From the NCBI GenBank assembly GCA_944359065.1, contig CALVSP010000002.1, forward strand, positions 1-61,678: a stretch of DNA of 61,678 nt, given 5' to 3'. Shown here in pieces: positions 9,834 through 19,875 of the stretch (positions within the stretch are counted from its first letter, which is position 1; every line of letters begins with the position of its first letter). The notes under the pieces are model-generated. The model was not told the origin of the DNA. It was given only the letters and a program-made list of their open reading frames with translations, and did no database searches. Source of the stretch: an uncultured Bacilli bacterium. GTDB taxonomy: Bacteria; Bacillota_I; Bacilli_A; RF39; UBA660. A program made the position numbers and the translations under genes.

Positions 9834-10586
9834 TTATTTGCACAATGACTTCATTAAAACATTATTCTTATACTCAATAATATCATCAAAAAAATTATAC
9901 CATTTTATCTGAACACAAAATCTATTTTTTTCATATTTTGGATTATAATTTAAGCATCTAGTCATTGGTTGACAAGATAAAGGCCCAAAATGGACACCAG
10001 TTGAATAATAATCTATTTTACTATTAATAATATTTTTTATTTCATTTTTTGTTATAAAAACAAAATCATCATAAAAGCCATAAATTATCATATCTATTTG
10101 ATGAATATCATTGTTTCCTTTTAAAATGAATCTTTCAATTATTTTTTCAATAATTTTTTTATTATTTAATCTTGCATTTAACAAATCTATTTTCTTTTGA
10201 TTTGTTTTTTTATATTCGCTTACAGATATTCTATTTTTTCCACTTCCATTAGTTGTGCCATCAGCATAATGATATTTCAAATAACTAAATATGTACTCTT
10301 TTTCTATACCATTTTCAATTAAGAAATGAATAAATTCCGAAATTGGTTCGACATGAAATGAATTTTTTATTCCTGATTTAATGCTTATTCTTTTTGTTTC
10401 ATTTCCTATTTTTATAAAAACATCTGTTTTTTGTAAAAAAGGATTTTTCCAAGATTTTATTCTATCTTCAGAACTTATATTTTTAAACAAAGTTTCAATC
10501 ATTTCTAAATATAAAATATTTAAGTCTTTAACCTTTCTTCCATTTAAATAATTTACTATATATATTTCGTTTATATAACCTTTCAT
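9834..10586 (-). CDS. Hypothetical protein with a PD-(D/E)XK restriction-endonuclease-like signature; no adjacent methyltransferase
   Basis: 250 aa. TDVFIKIG-x6-ISIKSG (D...SxK) is followed by a C-terminal GPLSCQPMTR...FCVQIKW. This resembles small type II REases only from memory. Confidence 0.35.
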   Translation of the reverse strand: MKGYINEIYIVNYLNGRKVKDLNILYLEMIETLFKNISSEDRIKSWKNPFLQKTDVFIKIGNETKRISIKSGIKNSFHVEPISEFIHFLIENGIEKEYIFSYLKYHYADGTTNGSGKNRISVSEYKKTNQKKIDLLNARLNNKKIIEKIIERFILKGNNDIHQIDMIIYGFYDDFVFITKNEIKNIINSKIDYYSTGVHFGPLSCQPMTRCLNYNPKYEKNRFCVQIKWYNFFDDIIEYKNNVLMKSLCK

Positions 10587-10593
10587 ATATTAC

Positions 10594-10634
10594 CTCCTAT
10601 TAGTTATATTAGCCAAAACTATAGCAAATTCCTA
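10594..10634. repeat. Copy A of a 41-bp repeat shared with 19876-19916
   Basis: 25/25 identical core CTCCTATTAGTTATATTAGCCAAAA, then CAAATTCCT conserved. Confidence 0.8.
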
Positions 10635-10682
10635 CATAAATGTTAAAAAAAAATAAACTTTTTTTATTTTTTTGTTTATTTT

Positions 10683-11378
10683 TTATAATTTTAATAATAA
10701 TTCATCATATTGATTACCTAATTTTTCAGTAGAAAACACTATATATTCGCCGTCGATAGTCCATTCATTTTTATTTTCTATTAAAAAATCAATTATTTCA
10801 TCATACACATTTAGCATATCAATAATACTATCAATACTATCTTCCATTTCTTGTTTGTTTTTATTTATCTCCGCTTCACTTGAAAATGAAAGACTTTTGT
10901 AAAAATCTATATAATATGAATCTAAATTTTTGTTTTCAACATATGACAACACTGTTTCATTATTCATTTGATTCAATATTTTTGTTTTATTATTTTCTAA
11001 TTTTTCTTTCGTATTTTTTATATATAATTTTGAATTAATAAAATTAGGTCCATCATTTTTATAGTTTTCTGCTGTTAAAATATTGACTAATTTTTCGTCA
11101 TTTAATATGTTAACAATAGTTAAAGTTATATCGATAGTATCTTTTAAATATTTTTTAGCCGCTTTTTCAACAACTAAATAATCGCCACTGCTTATTGTTT
11201 TACCTAATCTTTCATTTACGGCATCATAATCGAAATCTTCAAAATTTATCATACTATCAATTTCATTTAACTCTTGTCTTAATTTTTCTTCTTGATTATA
11301 ATCTTTAACTATTAAAACTGCTATTACGGCAATGAATAAGGCTAAAATAACGCCTATTATAATTAATACTTTTTTCAT
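10683..11378 (-). CDS. N-terminally anchored hypothetical protein (paralog of 15394..16098)
   Basis: 231 aa with a single N-terminal TM. Shared blocks with the paralog include NILND, ENYKNDGP/ENFKNDGP and YKSLSF/YKSFDF. Confidence 0.6.
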   Translation of the reverse strand: MKKVLIIIGVILALFIAVIAVLIVKDYNQEEKLRQELNEIDSMINFEDFDYDAVNERLGKTISSGDYLVVEKAAKKYLKDTIDITLTIVNILNDEKLVNILTAENYKNDGPNFINSKLYIKNTKEKLENNKTKILNQMNNETVLSYVENKNLDSYYIDFYKSLSFSSEAEINKNKQEMEDSIDSIIDMLNVYDEIIDFLIENKNEWTIDGEYIVFSTEKLGNQYDELLLKL

Positions 11379-11388
11379 ATAATCTCCT

Positions 11389-12240
11389 TTAATCTATATC
11401 AATTAATTGATATTCTTTACTACCAATTCCTAATTCTTGAGCGTGATCTAATATAACTTTTCCTTGTCTTGATTCGACTCTTTCGATAAAATGATTTTTT
11501 CCTTCATCATCAGAATTATAAATTAAATCTAAACACGCTTGGTCTAATGCTACAGGATCTAATGATGCAAGGATTCCAATATCTTTCATACAAGGTGCTT
11601 CAGGATTTGCCACACAATCACAATCAACTGATAAATTATTAATGACATTAATATAAACGATATTTTTAAAATAATCTACTACGGATTTATCTGCTTCGGC
11701 CATTGATTCGATAAATTCAACTTGGGGTGTTGACCAAATATCATCACGTTTTACACCACCACTATGTATCCACGCCTTACCTCGTGAAGATGCTAGTCCG
11801 ATTGACATATTTTTTAATGCGCCACCAAATCCTCCCATTGGATGTCCTTTAAAATGTGATAACATCAACATTGAATCATAGTTATCAATATTTTTACCGA
11901 CATAATTTTCTTTTAAATGTCTACCACCATTAACAGGTAAAGTGATATCACCATCTCTATCCATTAAATCAACATTTGAAAATCCGTGTTCTTTGATAGT
12001 TTCTAAATGATCTTTAGTGGTATTTCTTTTTCCTTCATAGGCTGTATTACATTCAACGATCGTTCCATTTAATTTTTTTACTAAATTATTAATTAATTCT
12101 GGTTTTAAATAATGATTATTACCGGCTTCGCCAGTTGAGATTTTAACGGCAACTTTACCACTTAATTTTCTTTCTAATTTTTCATAAATTTTAATTAAAC
12201 TTTCACTACTTATTTCTTTTGTAAAATAAACTTTTTCCAT
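11389..12240 (-). CDS. DUF362-like protein
   Basis: 283 aa. The overall pattern, with a CDC Cys cluster (SVDCDCV), resembles the DUF362 family as I remember it. Confidence 0.5.
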   Translation of the reverse strand: MEKVYFTKEISSESLIKIYEKLERKLSGKVAVKISTGEAGNNHYLKPELINNLVKKLNGTIVECNTAYEGKRNTTKDHLETIKEHGFSNVDLMDRDGDITLPVNGGRHLKENYVGKNIDNYDSMLMLSHFKGHPMGGFGGALKNMSIGLASSRGKAWIHSGGVKRDDIWSTPQVEFIESMAEADKSVVDYFKNIVYINVINNLSVDCDCVANPEAPCMKDIGILASLDPVALDQACLDLIYNSDDEGKNHFIERVESRQGKVILDHAQELGIGSKEYQLIDID

Positions 12241-13063
12241 ATTTTTTCCTTTCTATTTCAATAGTTGAATGATTAATATTGTTTTCTTTTAAATAGTCTT
12301 TTATTATATTTTCCATCTTTTCTACTTCATCATTTTTAATTATTACATGTAAGGTTGCATAATTATCATACCCATCCATACTCCAAATATGAATATGATT
12401 TATATTTGCAATATTTTTATTTTTTAATAGTTCTTTTTTAATTTTTCTTATGTTAATATTACTTGGTGTTTTTTCTAAAAATAAATCTAATACGATTTTT
12501 AGATGTTTTAATGCGTGAATGATAATGTAAACTGATATAATAAAACTCATTATTGAATCTATATAATCAATTTTTGTAAATTTAATTAATATCGACCCGA
12601 TTAAAACTATTATCCAATTTAAAACATCCTGAAGTAAATGTAAGTTAACCGCTTCTTGGTTTAAAGAGTGTCCTCCCTTTGTTTTATACACTGCAATTAT
12701 GTTAAACAATATACCAATTAATGCTATTATAATCATACCATTATAATTGAGTCCTACGGGATTAAAAAGTCTATTTATTGCATTATAAATTACCATAAAT
12801 GAGCCACCTAGTAGAATTACTGTTGTTATAAAAGCGGCTAATATCGAATATCTAACATAACCATAAGTGTATTTATAGTTTGGTCTATGTTTACTCTTTT
12901 TTTCTAAAAAATAAGAAATTCCAATACTTGATGCATCAGCAATATCGTGAACTGAACCTGATAATATTGAAACACTATTTGTTATAACACCACCGATTAG
13001 TTCTAATATTGCAAAAGCGATATTTAAAATAAAAGCTATTAAAATGTTTTTATCTGTTTTCAT
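12206..13063 (-). CDS. Cation diffusion facilitator family transporter
   Basis: 285 aa with six TM segments, the SVHDIADA motif in TM2 and a C-terminal cytoplasmic domain. Confidence 0.8.
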   Translation of the reverse strand: MKTDKNILIAFILNIAFAILELIGGVITNSVSILSGSVHDIADASSIGISYFLEKKSKHRPNYKYTYGYVRYSILAAFITTVILLGGSFMVIYNAINRLFNPVGLNYNGMIIIALIGILFNIIAVYKTKGGHSLNQEAVNLHLLQDVLNWIIVLIGSILIKFTKIDYIDSIMSFIISVYIIIHALKHLKIVLDLFLEKTPSNINIRKIKKELLKNKNIANINHIHIWSMDGYDNYATLHVIIKNDEVEKMENIIKDYLKENNINHSTIEIERKKYGKSLFYKRNK

Positions 13064-13129
13064 ACTCCACCTATTTAAATTATATCATTTATTTTAAAAA
13101 AAATATAGATTTTTCTATATCTTTACATA

Positions 13130-13921
13130 TCATTTTTTATTGTTATAGTTATTATATATATCTAGTTTTGTACATAATACTTGTTCTAATAAAATTACAT
13201 TTTTAATTGTTTGATTAACTGAATCATTTATTTTTATTAAGTCACAAATATTATTTGATAAATATATGGCTTTTTTTATTTTATTGGCTTCTTCATTTAA
13301 AATGTTTGCTAAGGCTTTTTCGATACAAGCAATAGAACTTGGAATATTATCTTCTTTACATAAGCATTTTAATAATTTTGTTATTTTAGCGTAACAATCA
13401 ATATTATATATATAGATAGAATCAGATAATAAAATTAAACATTTATTATAACAACAATCTTTAATATCAAAATCAAATGATTGAATTTTTTTATTGTCGT
13501 ATAAATCATTCTTTTTAATAAAATAATTTTTATTATCAATGTTAAAAATATTTGAACATTTAATATTTAAGTATTTTTTTAATTCTTTATCGTAAGAATA
13601 TATTTTATCTTCGGTTATGATTATCAATATATCATTAATGTTATTTATGTTTACAATATTTAAATCTATATCTATATCTAATTTAATTAAATTATTAAAA
13701 TCAAATTTATAAATTTCTTTGTCATTTGCTAAAAAAATAGTATCTTTTATTGCGGTTATAAATTTGAAGTCTTTTGATAATGTTATCTCTTTTACTTTAT
13801 TAAAATCTATATCATAAAATGCTATTATGTCATCTTTTAATAGTAAATATTCATTATTAAAAAAGCATATTCCATCATAATTTAAAGGTATTTTTTTTAT
13901 TAATTTAAACATTTTACCCAC
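13130..13921 (-). CDS. Hypothetical protein
   Basis: 263-aa ORF, Asn/Ile-rich, with a Cys-containing helical C-terminus. No assignable family. Confidence 0.45.
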   Translation of the reverse strand: MGKMFKLIKKIPLNYDGICFFNNEYLLLKDDIIAFYDIDFNKVKEITLSKDFKFITAIKDTIFLANDKEIYKFDFNNLIKLDIDIDLNIVNINNINDILIIITEDKIYSYDKELKKYLNIKCSNIFNIDNKNYFIKKNDLYDNKKIQSFDFDIKDCCYNKCLILLSDSIYIYNIDCYAKITKLLKCLCKEDNIPSSIACIEKALANILNEEANKIKKAIYLSNNICDLIKINDSVNQTIKNVILLEQVLCTKLDIYNNYNNKK

Positions 13922-14036
13922 CTATTAATATTATATGCAAATAAAGAAAAATTGCTATAAATACCCTTACAAAAATAAAATTTATTCATATCATAAAGTG
14001 AAGTTACAATTAATACTGTCGTTATTTAAAAGAAAT

Positions 14037-14618
14037 TTATTTCTCTTTTATTTTTGGATAAATAAAATCAATAAAGAATAAAAGATAACTAAAAGAAATT
14101 ATATAACCGGCTAATACATCCGATGTATAATGAACTCCTAAATAAATTCGGCTTATACCAATTAAAATAATTAAAGCAATTAAGCCAATTGTTCCAATTT
14201 TTTTATGTTTATAATTACTATTCCATAATAAATATGCTAAAAGTCCGTAAACTGCTAAACTTATCATAGCGTGACCACTTGGAAAACTATAACCAGTTTC
14301 ATTAATTATATTTATATCTAATGGTCGAGTTCGCATAAATATTATTTTTAATAAATAGTTTAATAAAAAAACGATAACTAAATTTAAAATAAATTCTTTT
14401 CTTGTATTTTTCCATAATACAATAACTAAAACGCTAAATAAAACACACCAAATTGGACTAGCAAAAAAAGTAATGAATTTCATAATAGCAGTTACACTAT
14501 CAGATATAAATAACGATATTATGGAATATCCTAAATCGTCGATCCAAATTAAATAATCTTTAAAATAAATTCCTAATATGAAAATAAAAAATAATGCTAG
14601 ACTTATTATTTTTTTCAT
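14037..14618 (-). CDS. PAP2-family phosphatase (undecaprenyl/lipid phosphate phosphatase-like)
   Basis: KIIFMRTRP, PSGHA and SRIYLGVHYTSDV motifs. Confidence 0.75.
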   Translation of the reverse strand: MKKIISLALFFIFILGIYFKDYLIWIDDLGYSIISLFISDSVTAIMKFITFFASPIWCVLFSVLVIVLWKNTRKEFILNLVIVFLLNYLLKIIFMRTRPLDINIINETGYSFPSGHAMISLAVYGLLAYLLWNSNYKHKKIGTIGLIALIILIGISRIYLGVHYTSDVLAGYIISFSYLLFFIDFIYPKIKEK

Positions 14619-14779
14619 TTTATCACCATATCAATTATACCATATTGTTAAAAAAATTGCGTATTTTATTTGTAATTAATATAGGTAATAAAACGATTAT
14701 AAATAAAAAGTTTAACACTATTCCTAATATAAAATATAAAATATTTTTCATATTAAATAATATGAAGTTAAATGTATCT

Positions 14780-15397
14780 TTAAAACTTTATTTGAATATC
14801 TAAAAGCGTTGAAAAGTCAATTGCTTGATCTTTATTTACAAAGATTTTTTTAATACTTTTTAAATCAGTTGTTATATTAGTTAATGTCGAAGTTGAAAAA
14901 TCAACTTTCTTAAAATCATTATTATAAAATTGACTATTTAAAAAACTACATTCACTGACTTCTAAATGATTTGTTAATACTTCTAAAAAATTGGAATCAT
15001 CGAAATTATTGTTTTGAAATTGACTATTTTTTATTTTTACATTTGAAAAGTTAATATAACGGCATAAACAGTTTTCTAATTTACAATCAAATAGTGATAC
15101 TTCTATCAAATTAGTTCCCACTAATTTACAATTTATAAACTCACATCTTGTAAAAGATACTTGTGTAAATTCTAAATTTGATAAATCACAATTAGTTAAT
15201 TTGCAATCGATAAATTCTAATTTTTTTATTTTGTGTTTTGTAAAATCAACTTTTTCAATTTCACAACTATCAAATATCACTTCATTGTTTGCAACATTAC
15301 CATCACAATAACTTATTTTAACATTATTTGTAATATTTTTAGTTAATGCTTCGATTATATTAACTTCATCGATTATTTTAATTATTGGCTTCTTCAT
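14780..15397 (-). CDS. Pentapeptide-repeat protein
   Basis: 205 aa with tandem A(D/N)LxF-like pentapeptides (CDLSNLEFTQVSFTRCEFINCKL...). Confidence 0.75.
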   Translation of the reverse strand: MKKPIIKIIDEVNIIEALTKNITNNVKISYCDGNVANNEVIFDSCEIEKVDFTKHKIKKLEFIDCKLTNCDLSNLEFTQVSFTRCEFINCKLVGTNLIEVSLFDCKLENCLCRYINFSNVKIKNSQFQNNNFDDSNFLEVLTNHLEVSECSFLNSQFYNNDFKKVDFSTSTLTNITTDLKSIKKIFVNKDQAIDFSTLLDIQIKF

Positions 15398-16098
15398 TGA
15401 TTTAATTCCGCAATCATTTCATTATATTTTGCCGATAAATCTTCATTTTTAAAATTGATTGTATCGTTATTAATATACCAATTATTTTTATTTTCCGTTA
15501 AAAATGCTAATACTTCTTGTTCTTTTTCAATTAATGCAACGAAATTATCGACACTTTCACCAATAGTTTCTTTTTTCTTGTTTATTTCTTTTTCTTTAGC
15601 AAAATCAAAACTTTTATATAAATTAACATATGAATCTTCTAAATTTTCATTTACTATATAAGCCATAATAGTTTCTTCTTTTAAATATGATGAAATTTCT
15701 GCTTCTAAATTTAAAATATTTTGTTTTGTTTTCGTTAAATATTCATTACTTTCTTTAAAACTAGGTCCATCATTTTTGAAATTTTCGACCGTAAGTATAG
15801 AATAAGTTTCATCATCGTTTAAAATATTAGTAAAATCAAGTATTTTATCAAACAAATCTCGCAAATAATCTTTAGCGCAGCCTTCGACAATGGCATAACC
15901 ATCATCGGTTTCAATTTTATTTAATTTAGTATATATAGCATCAAAATCATATTGTTCAGCATAAATTAATGAATAAACCTCGTTAATTTCATTTCTTAAT
16001 TGGTGTTCTTTTAAAAATTGGCTGATAATTAAAAATGCTATAATCCCTACTAAAATTACTAAAAATATATTTATTCCTATCTTTACTTTTTTATTCAT
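15394..16098 (-). CDS. N-terminally anchored hypothetical protein (paralog of 10683..11378)
   Basis: 234 aa, colinear with the 231-aa paralog. It overlaps both neighbouring genes, indicating an operon. Confidence 0.6.
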   Translation of the reverse strand: MNKKVKIGINIFLVILVGIIAFLIISQFLKEHQLRNEINEVYSLIYAEQYDFDAIYTKLNKIETDDGYAIVEGCAKDYLRDLFDKILDFTNILNDDETYSILTVENFKNDGPSFKESNEYLTKTKQNILNLEAEISSYLKEETIMAYIVNENLEDSYVNLYKSFDFAKEKEINKKKETIGESVDNFVALIEKEQEVLAFLTENKNNWYINNDTINFKNEDLSAKYNEMIAELNQ

Positions 16099-18265
16099 TT
16101 TTATCTCCTTCTAAAAATTTTTTTAATTCGTTAATCGATAATGGTTTTGAAAAGTAATATCCTTGAATGATGTCACAATTTAGTTTTTTCAAATAATCTA
16201 ATTGTTCTTTAGTTTCAACACCTTCTGCTGTCAATTGTAAATTTAAGGATTTACCTAACTTAGTAACATACTTTAAAATTTCTTTTCCTTTTTCTGTTTC
16301 ATCAATTATGAAACTACGGTCAATTTTAATTCCATCAATATCCATTGACTTTAACATTGAAATCGAAGAATAGCCTGTTCCAAAATCATCGACTAAAATT
16401 CTAAATTTGGCTTTTTTAATTTTTTTCATTACTTGTTTTATTACAGTATTATCAGATAATATAGTTCCTTCTGTAACTTCTAATTCTATTTCATCTTTTT
16501 TTATTTTATATTTATCCATTATTTCTTCATATTCTGATACTATGTTATATTGTTCGATTTTTTTTCTTGAAACATTGATTGACACTGGTCCTAAAAAAAT
16601 ATTTTCTTTTTTTAAATTACTGATTATTTTACAAACATTTTCAAAAACATACGAATCGATTGTCGTAATAAAACCAGTTTCTTCCGCAATAGGAATAAAT
16701 ACTGATGGACTAATAAAATGATTATTTTCTTTTAATCTTAATAACGCTTCCGCTCCTACCATTTTACTAGTTTTACAATCGAATTTTGGTTGCAAATATA
16801 TTTCTAACAAATTATTGTCAACTGCATTCATCAATTTATCTAATATATTTTTGCTTTCGACCATATCATAAACCATTTTATCTTCATAAATAGCATAAAA
16901 TATATTACGATCATTTTTTGCTATTTTCCAAGCAACGATTGCTTTATTTTCAGCAACTTCAAACTCTTCAGCGTAAAATGCTTCATATATACCAAATGTT
17001 GAAGTTAAGACAAAATCACTATTTTCTATTTTTATTTGTCTTATACTATTGTATATTTTGTTAATGTAAGAAAGAATCGTTTTTTCGCCGTGGTGTTTTA
17101 TGCAAATTAAATAATGATCAGCTGTTTTACGACAACTAAATCCATCTTTATTTACTTCAAATAAAATATTATATATTTTATTAAGTACTTCATTACTTGC
17201 ATCATAACCATATATTGTATTTAATAATTTAAAATTGTTAATGTCAAAAATTACTAAAGTTTTATTGCCATCTAATTTATTATATTCTTCTTTGAAACGT
17301 TCGTAAGAATAGCCACCGGTTAATTTATCCTTGTATATAGCATTATATAATTTTTTATTTTTAAAATGTAATATTAAAGATGTAGTTAAAAATATGATTA
17401 AAAATATGATTAATAAATATATTGATACTAATAAAGTTGAAGTCATTATTTCATTATAGATATTATCAATAGTTGTTACTGGAACAACAGTTAAAATATA
17501 CCAATCATTTATACCTAATGGTGTATAATACATCTGTTTATAAGAATCATTATAAAATAAAATTGTATCACTTTTAAGATTTTTAAAATCTTGTTCTAGC
17601 GTTAAAACTTGATTAATATTTTCTTTATCGGCATCTATCATCGCATCAAAAATATTATCAAATTCATAAAAACTAGTTGGATTATCAGATTTTAATATTT
17701 TGTTACCCTTACTATCAACTATGTAAGTATAACCATTACCATTAAATGAAGGTACTGATAATTTATTAACTAAATTATATAAATCATATGAATAAAAAAC
17801 TAACGCTTCTTTATTTTGAATACTTTCACCAATAAATATACTCATTTGATTATTGATAGGATCTTTATCTAATACTATGACACTATCTTTGTTTTCTAAT
17901 TCATCATAATAATTTTCATTTTTTATTTCGACTTTATCTTTTGTAATATAAATCGTTTTATCTCTTGCTACAATACCGACATTTTTGTAATTGTTAGTAT
18001 CATAAATATTCTGTAATAACGGAATTATTTCCTCATCTAAATTTTTAGATGACAAAGTTAGAGCAAGTTGTTTTACTAAATCTTGCTGTTTATTTATTTC
18101 ACTTGCAACTACTAATTTATTTTGATTACCAACTTCAGATAACATAATTTTTATCTGTTCATTTAATTTATTATTTAAATTGTTTGAATAAATACTAAAA
18201 CCAGTTAATATCAAAATAATAAGTAAACAAGAAATAATGATATATTTGATAAAGTTATTTTTCAT
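16091..18265 (-). CDS. Membrane sensor protein: extracytoplasmic (Cache-like) domain, degenerate GGDEF, EAL phosphodiesterase
   Basis: EAL motifs EALLR, DDFGTGYSS, KIDRSF and QGYYFSKP are present. The GGDEF position reads TADHY. The start is taken at MKNNF (18265). Confidence 0.8.
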   Translation of the reverse strand: MKNNFIKYIIISCLLIILILTGFSIYSNNLNNKLNEQIKIMLSEVGNQNKLVVASEINKQQDLVKQLALTLSSKNLDEEIIPLLQNIYDTNNYKNVGIVARDKTIYITKDKVEIKNENYYDELENKDSVIVLDKDPINNQMSIFIGESIQNKEALVFYSYDLYNLVNKLSVPSFNGNGYTYIVDSKGNKILKSDNPTSFYEFDNIFDAMIDADKENINQVLTLEQDFKNLKSDTILFYNDSYKQMYYTPLGINDWYILTVVPVTTIDNIYNEIMTSTLLVSIYLLIIFLIIFLTTSLILHFKNKKLYNAIYKDKLTGGYSYERFKEEYNKLDGNKTLVIFDINNFKLLNTIYGYDASNEVLNKIYNILFEVNKDGFSCRKTADHYLICIKHHGEKTILSYINKIYNSIRQIKIENSDFVLTSTFGIYEAFYAEEFEVAENKAIVAWKIAKNDRNIFYAIYEDKMVYDMVESKNILDKLMNAVDNNLLEIYLQPKFDCKTSKMVGAEALLRLKENNHFISPSVFIPIAEETGFITTIDSYVFENVCKIISNLKKENIFLGPVSINVSRKKIEQYNIVSEYEEIMDKYKIKKDEIELEVTEGTILSDNTVIKQVMKKIKKAKFRILVDDFGTGYSSISMLKSMDIDGIKIDRSFIIDETEKGKEILKYVTKLGKSLNLQLTAEGVETKEQLDYLKKLNCDIIQGYYFSKPLSINELKKFLEGDKNE

Positions 18266-18328
18266 TAGTACCACCATTATTATTATATCATAGTTTAAAA
18301 AAAAGAAGTATGCATTTTTACTCCTTTT

Positions 18329-18889
18329 TTAACAATGACCGCCAAGACTTTCAAAATAAGAATTTATATACTGCATCGATATATTTATGTCATTATAGTT
18401 GATAATATCATTTATTTCTTTTATATATTCATATTTACAATTTGGACATTCAAAAATTCCTGTTGAAATTTGATTATCAGTTATATATTTAGTTATTGTT
18501 ATTTCATATTCTTCATTACCAACATAACAATATCTTCCTAATGAAGTACTAATAACTTTAATACTACAATAATTGTATATTAAATAAAATATTGAAAATA
18601 TTAATAATGATAATAAAATTATTCCTATAATTTTTAATATTTTAATTTTTGTTCTGGCTAATTTTTCTGTGTTACTTGTTTTAACAAATTCTTTATCATT
18701 TTCTACTAGTTCATCTAGACTAATTTTTAATATGTTAGATATAATTTTTGCCATATATAAATCAGGGGTTGTTTCATCTAACTCCCATTTAGAAATCGTC
18801 TGTCTTGTAACATTTAATTTACTTGCTAAATCCTCTTGTGATAGATTATTTATTTTTCTTAATTTAGAAATATTTTTTCCAATACACAT
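18329..18889 (-). CDS. XRE-family HTH regulator with C-terminal TM segment
   Basis: The HTH is NLSQEDLASKLNVTRQTISKWE. The start at ATG 18889 is preceded by AGGAGA. Confidence 0.7.
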   Translation of the reverse strand: MCIGKNISKLRKINNLSQEDLASKLNVTRQTISKWELDETTPDLYMAKIISNILKISLDELVENDKEFVKTSNTEKLARTKIKILKIIGIILLSLLIFSIFYLIYNYCSIKVISTSLGRYCYVGNEEYEITITKYITDNQISTGIFECPNCKYEYIKEINDIINYNDINISMQYINSYFESLGGHC

Positions 18890-18990
18890 TTTATCTCCTA
18901 CTTTCTTCTTTAAGTATATCATTTTTAATAATTATATCTACCAATTTTCATTAACACATTGTCTAAAATAGTTAACATAACAAAAAAAGT

Positions 18991-19875
18991 TTAATTTCTT
19001 AAACTTTCGATTCTTTCTTTAGATAAGCCAGTTACTTTACTTATCGTTTCTAAATCCATTTTTAATTCTAACATTTTTTTTGCATTTTCTATTTTTGTTT
19101 GTTCGATACCTTGAGTAATTCCTTCAGATAAGCCTTGTTGTTTTCCTTTTGCAATTCCTTCCAATAAACCTTGTTGTTTGCCTTGATTAAGCCCTTTTTC
19201 ATACATTACTTCTTCATATTGTTTTTGTTCTTCTTCGCGACTTATCCATTCTACTACAAACTTATCATTATTTGCTTTTATTACTTCTTCTTTAAAATCA
19301 CTCACTATATCACTCTTTTCCGATAACTCTTCTAATTCTTGTTTATCCATATCTAACATTATCAACGCTTCTTCACCTTGGGTAAACTTCTTACCATTAT
19401 TATAATAGTTTTTTATGTATTTGTCTATACCTACATTATATATTTTTATGTAATCTGTTAACTCTATTTTATTTATCTTATCATATAATGTGTAGATACT
19501 TCTTGTATATTTACTATTATAAAAATTTAAGTTTACTTGAACTATCGAATAACCTATTTTATATTTATTTCCTCTTTCCGTATTTTCACTAGCTAATTTA
19601 AAGATATAATGTAAATTCCTTATCATTACTTCTTCACTATAATTAGTGTTTAATTCGACATTGATTATTTCATCTTTTGTCTTAACTAATAAATCTAATC
19701 TCTGACCACGTATTTTATAATGATCTTGAATTAAATTAGGATTTAGAATTTCTAATTCTACTATTTTTTTATCTAAAATGGGTTCTAAAATAGCTATTAG
19801 GAATTCTTTTTTTACTGCTGCATACATAAACACTGGTTCATGTTTAGCAGTATAAAATTTTGTTATTTTTATCAT
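18991..19875 (-). CDS. Rpn-family recombination-promoting nuclease / putative transposase (PD-(D/E)XK)
   Basis: 294 aa. The N-terminal nuclease core includes RLDLLVKT...INVELN. The C-terminal QQGLLEGIAKGKQQGLSEGITQGIEQ repeats are typical of this family. Confidence 0.7.
   Translation of the reverse strand: MIKITKFYTAKHEPVFMYAAVKKEFLIAILEPILDKKIVELEILNPNLIQDHYKIRGQRLDLLVKTKDEIINVELNTNYSEEVMIRNLHYIFKLASENTERGNKYKIGYSIVQVNLNFYNSKYTRSIYTLYDKINKIELTDYIKIYNVGIDKYIKNYYNNGKKFTQGEEALIMLDMDKQELEELSEKSDIVSDFKEEVIKANNDKFVVEWISREEEQKQYEEVMYEKGLNQGKQQGLLEGIAKGKQQGLSEGITQGIEQTKIENAKKMLELKMDLETISKVTGLSKERIESLRN

Noticed and set aside
9834-10586. The REase-like protein might be a NucC-type effector of the neighbouring NTase operon.
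   Set aside because: It is separated from the operon by about 300 bp that contain a terminator and the tRNA fragment. Its motif pattern does not resemble NucC as I recall it.
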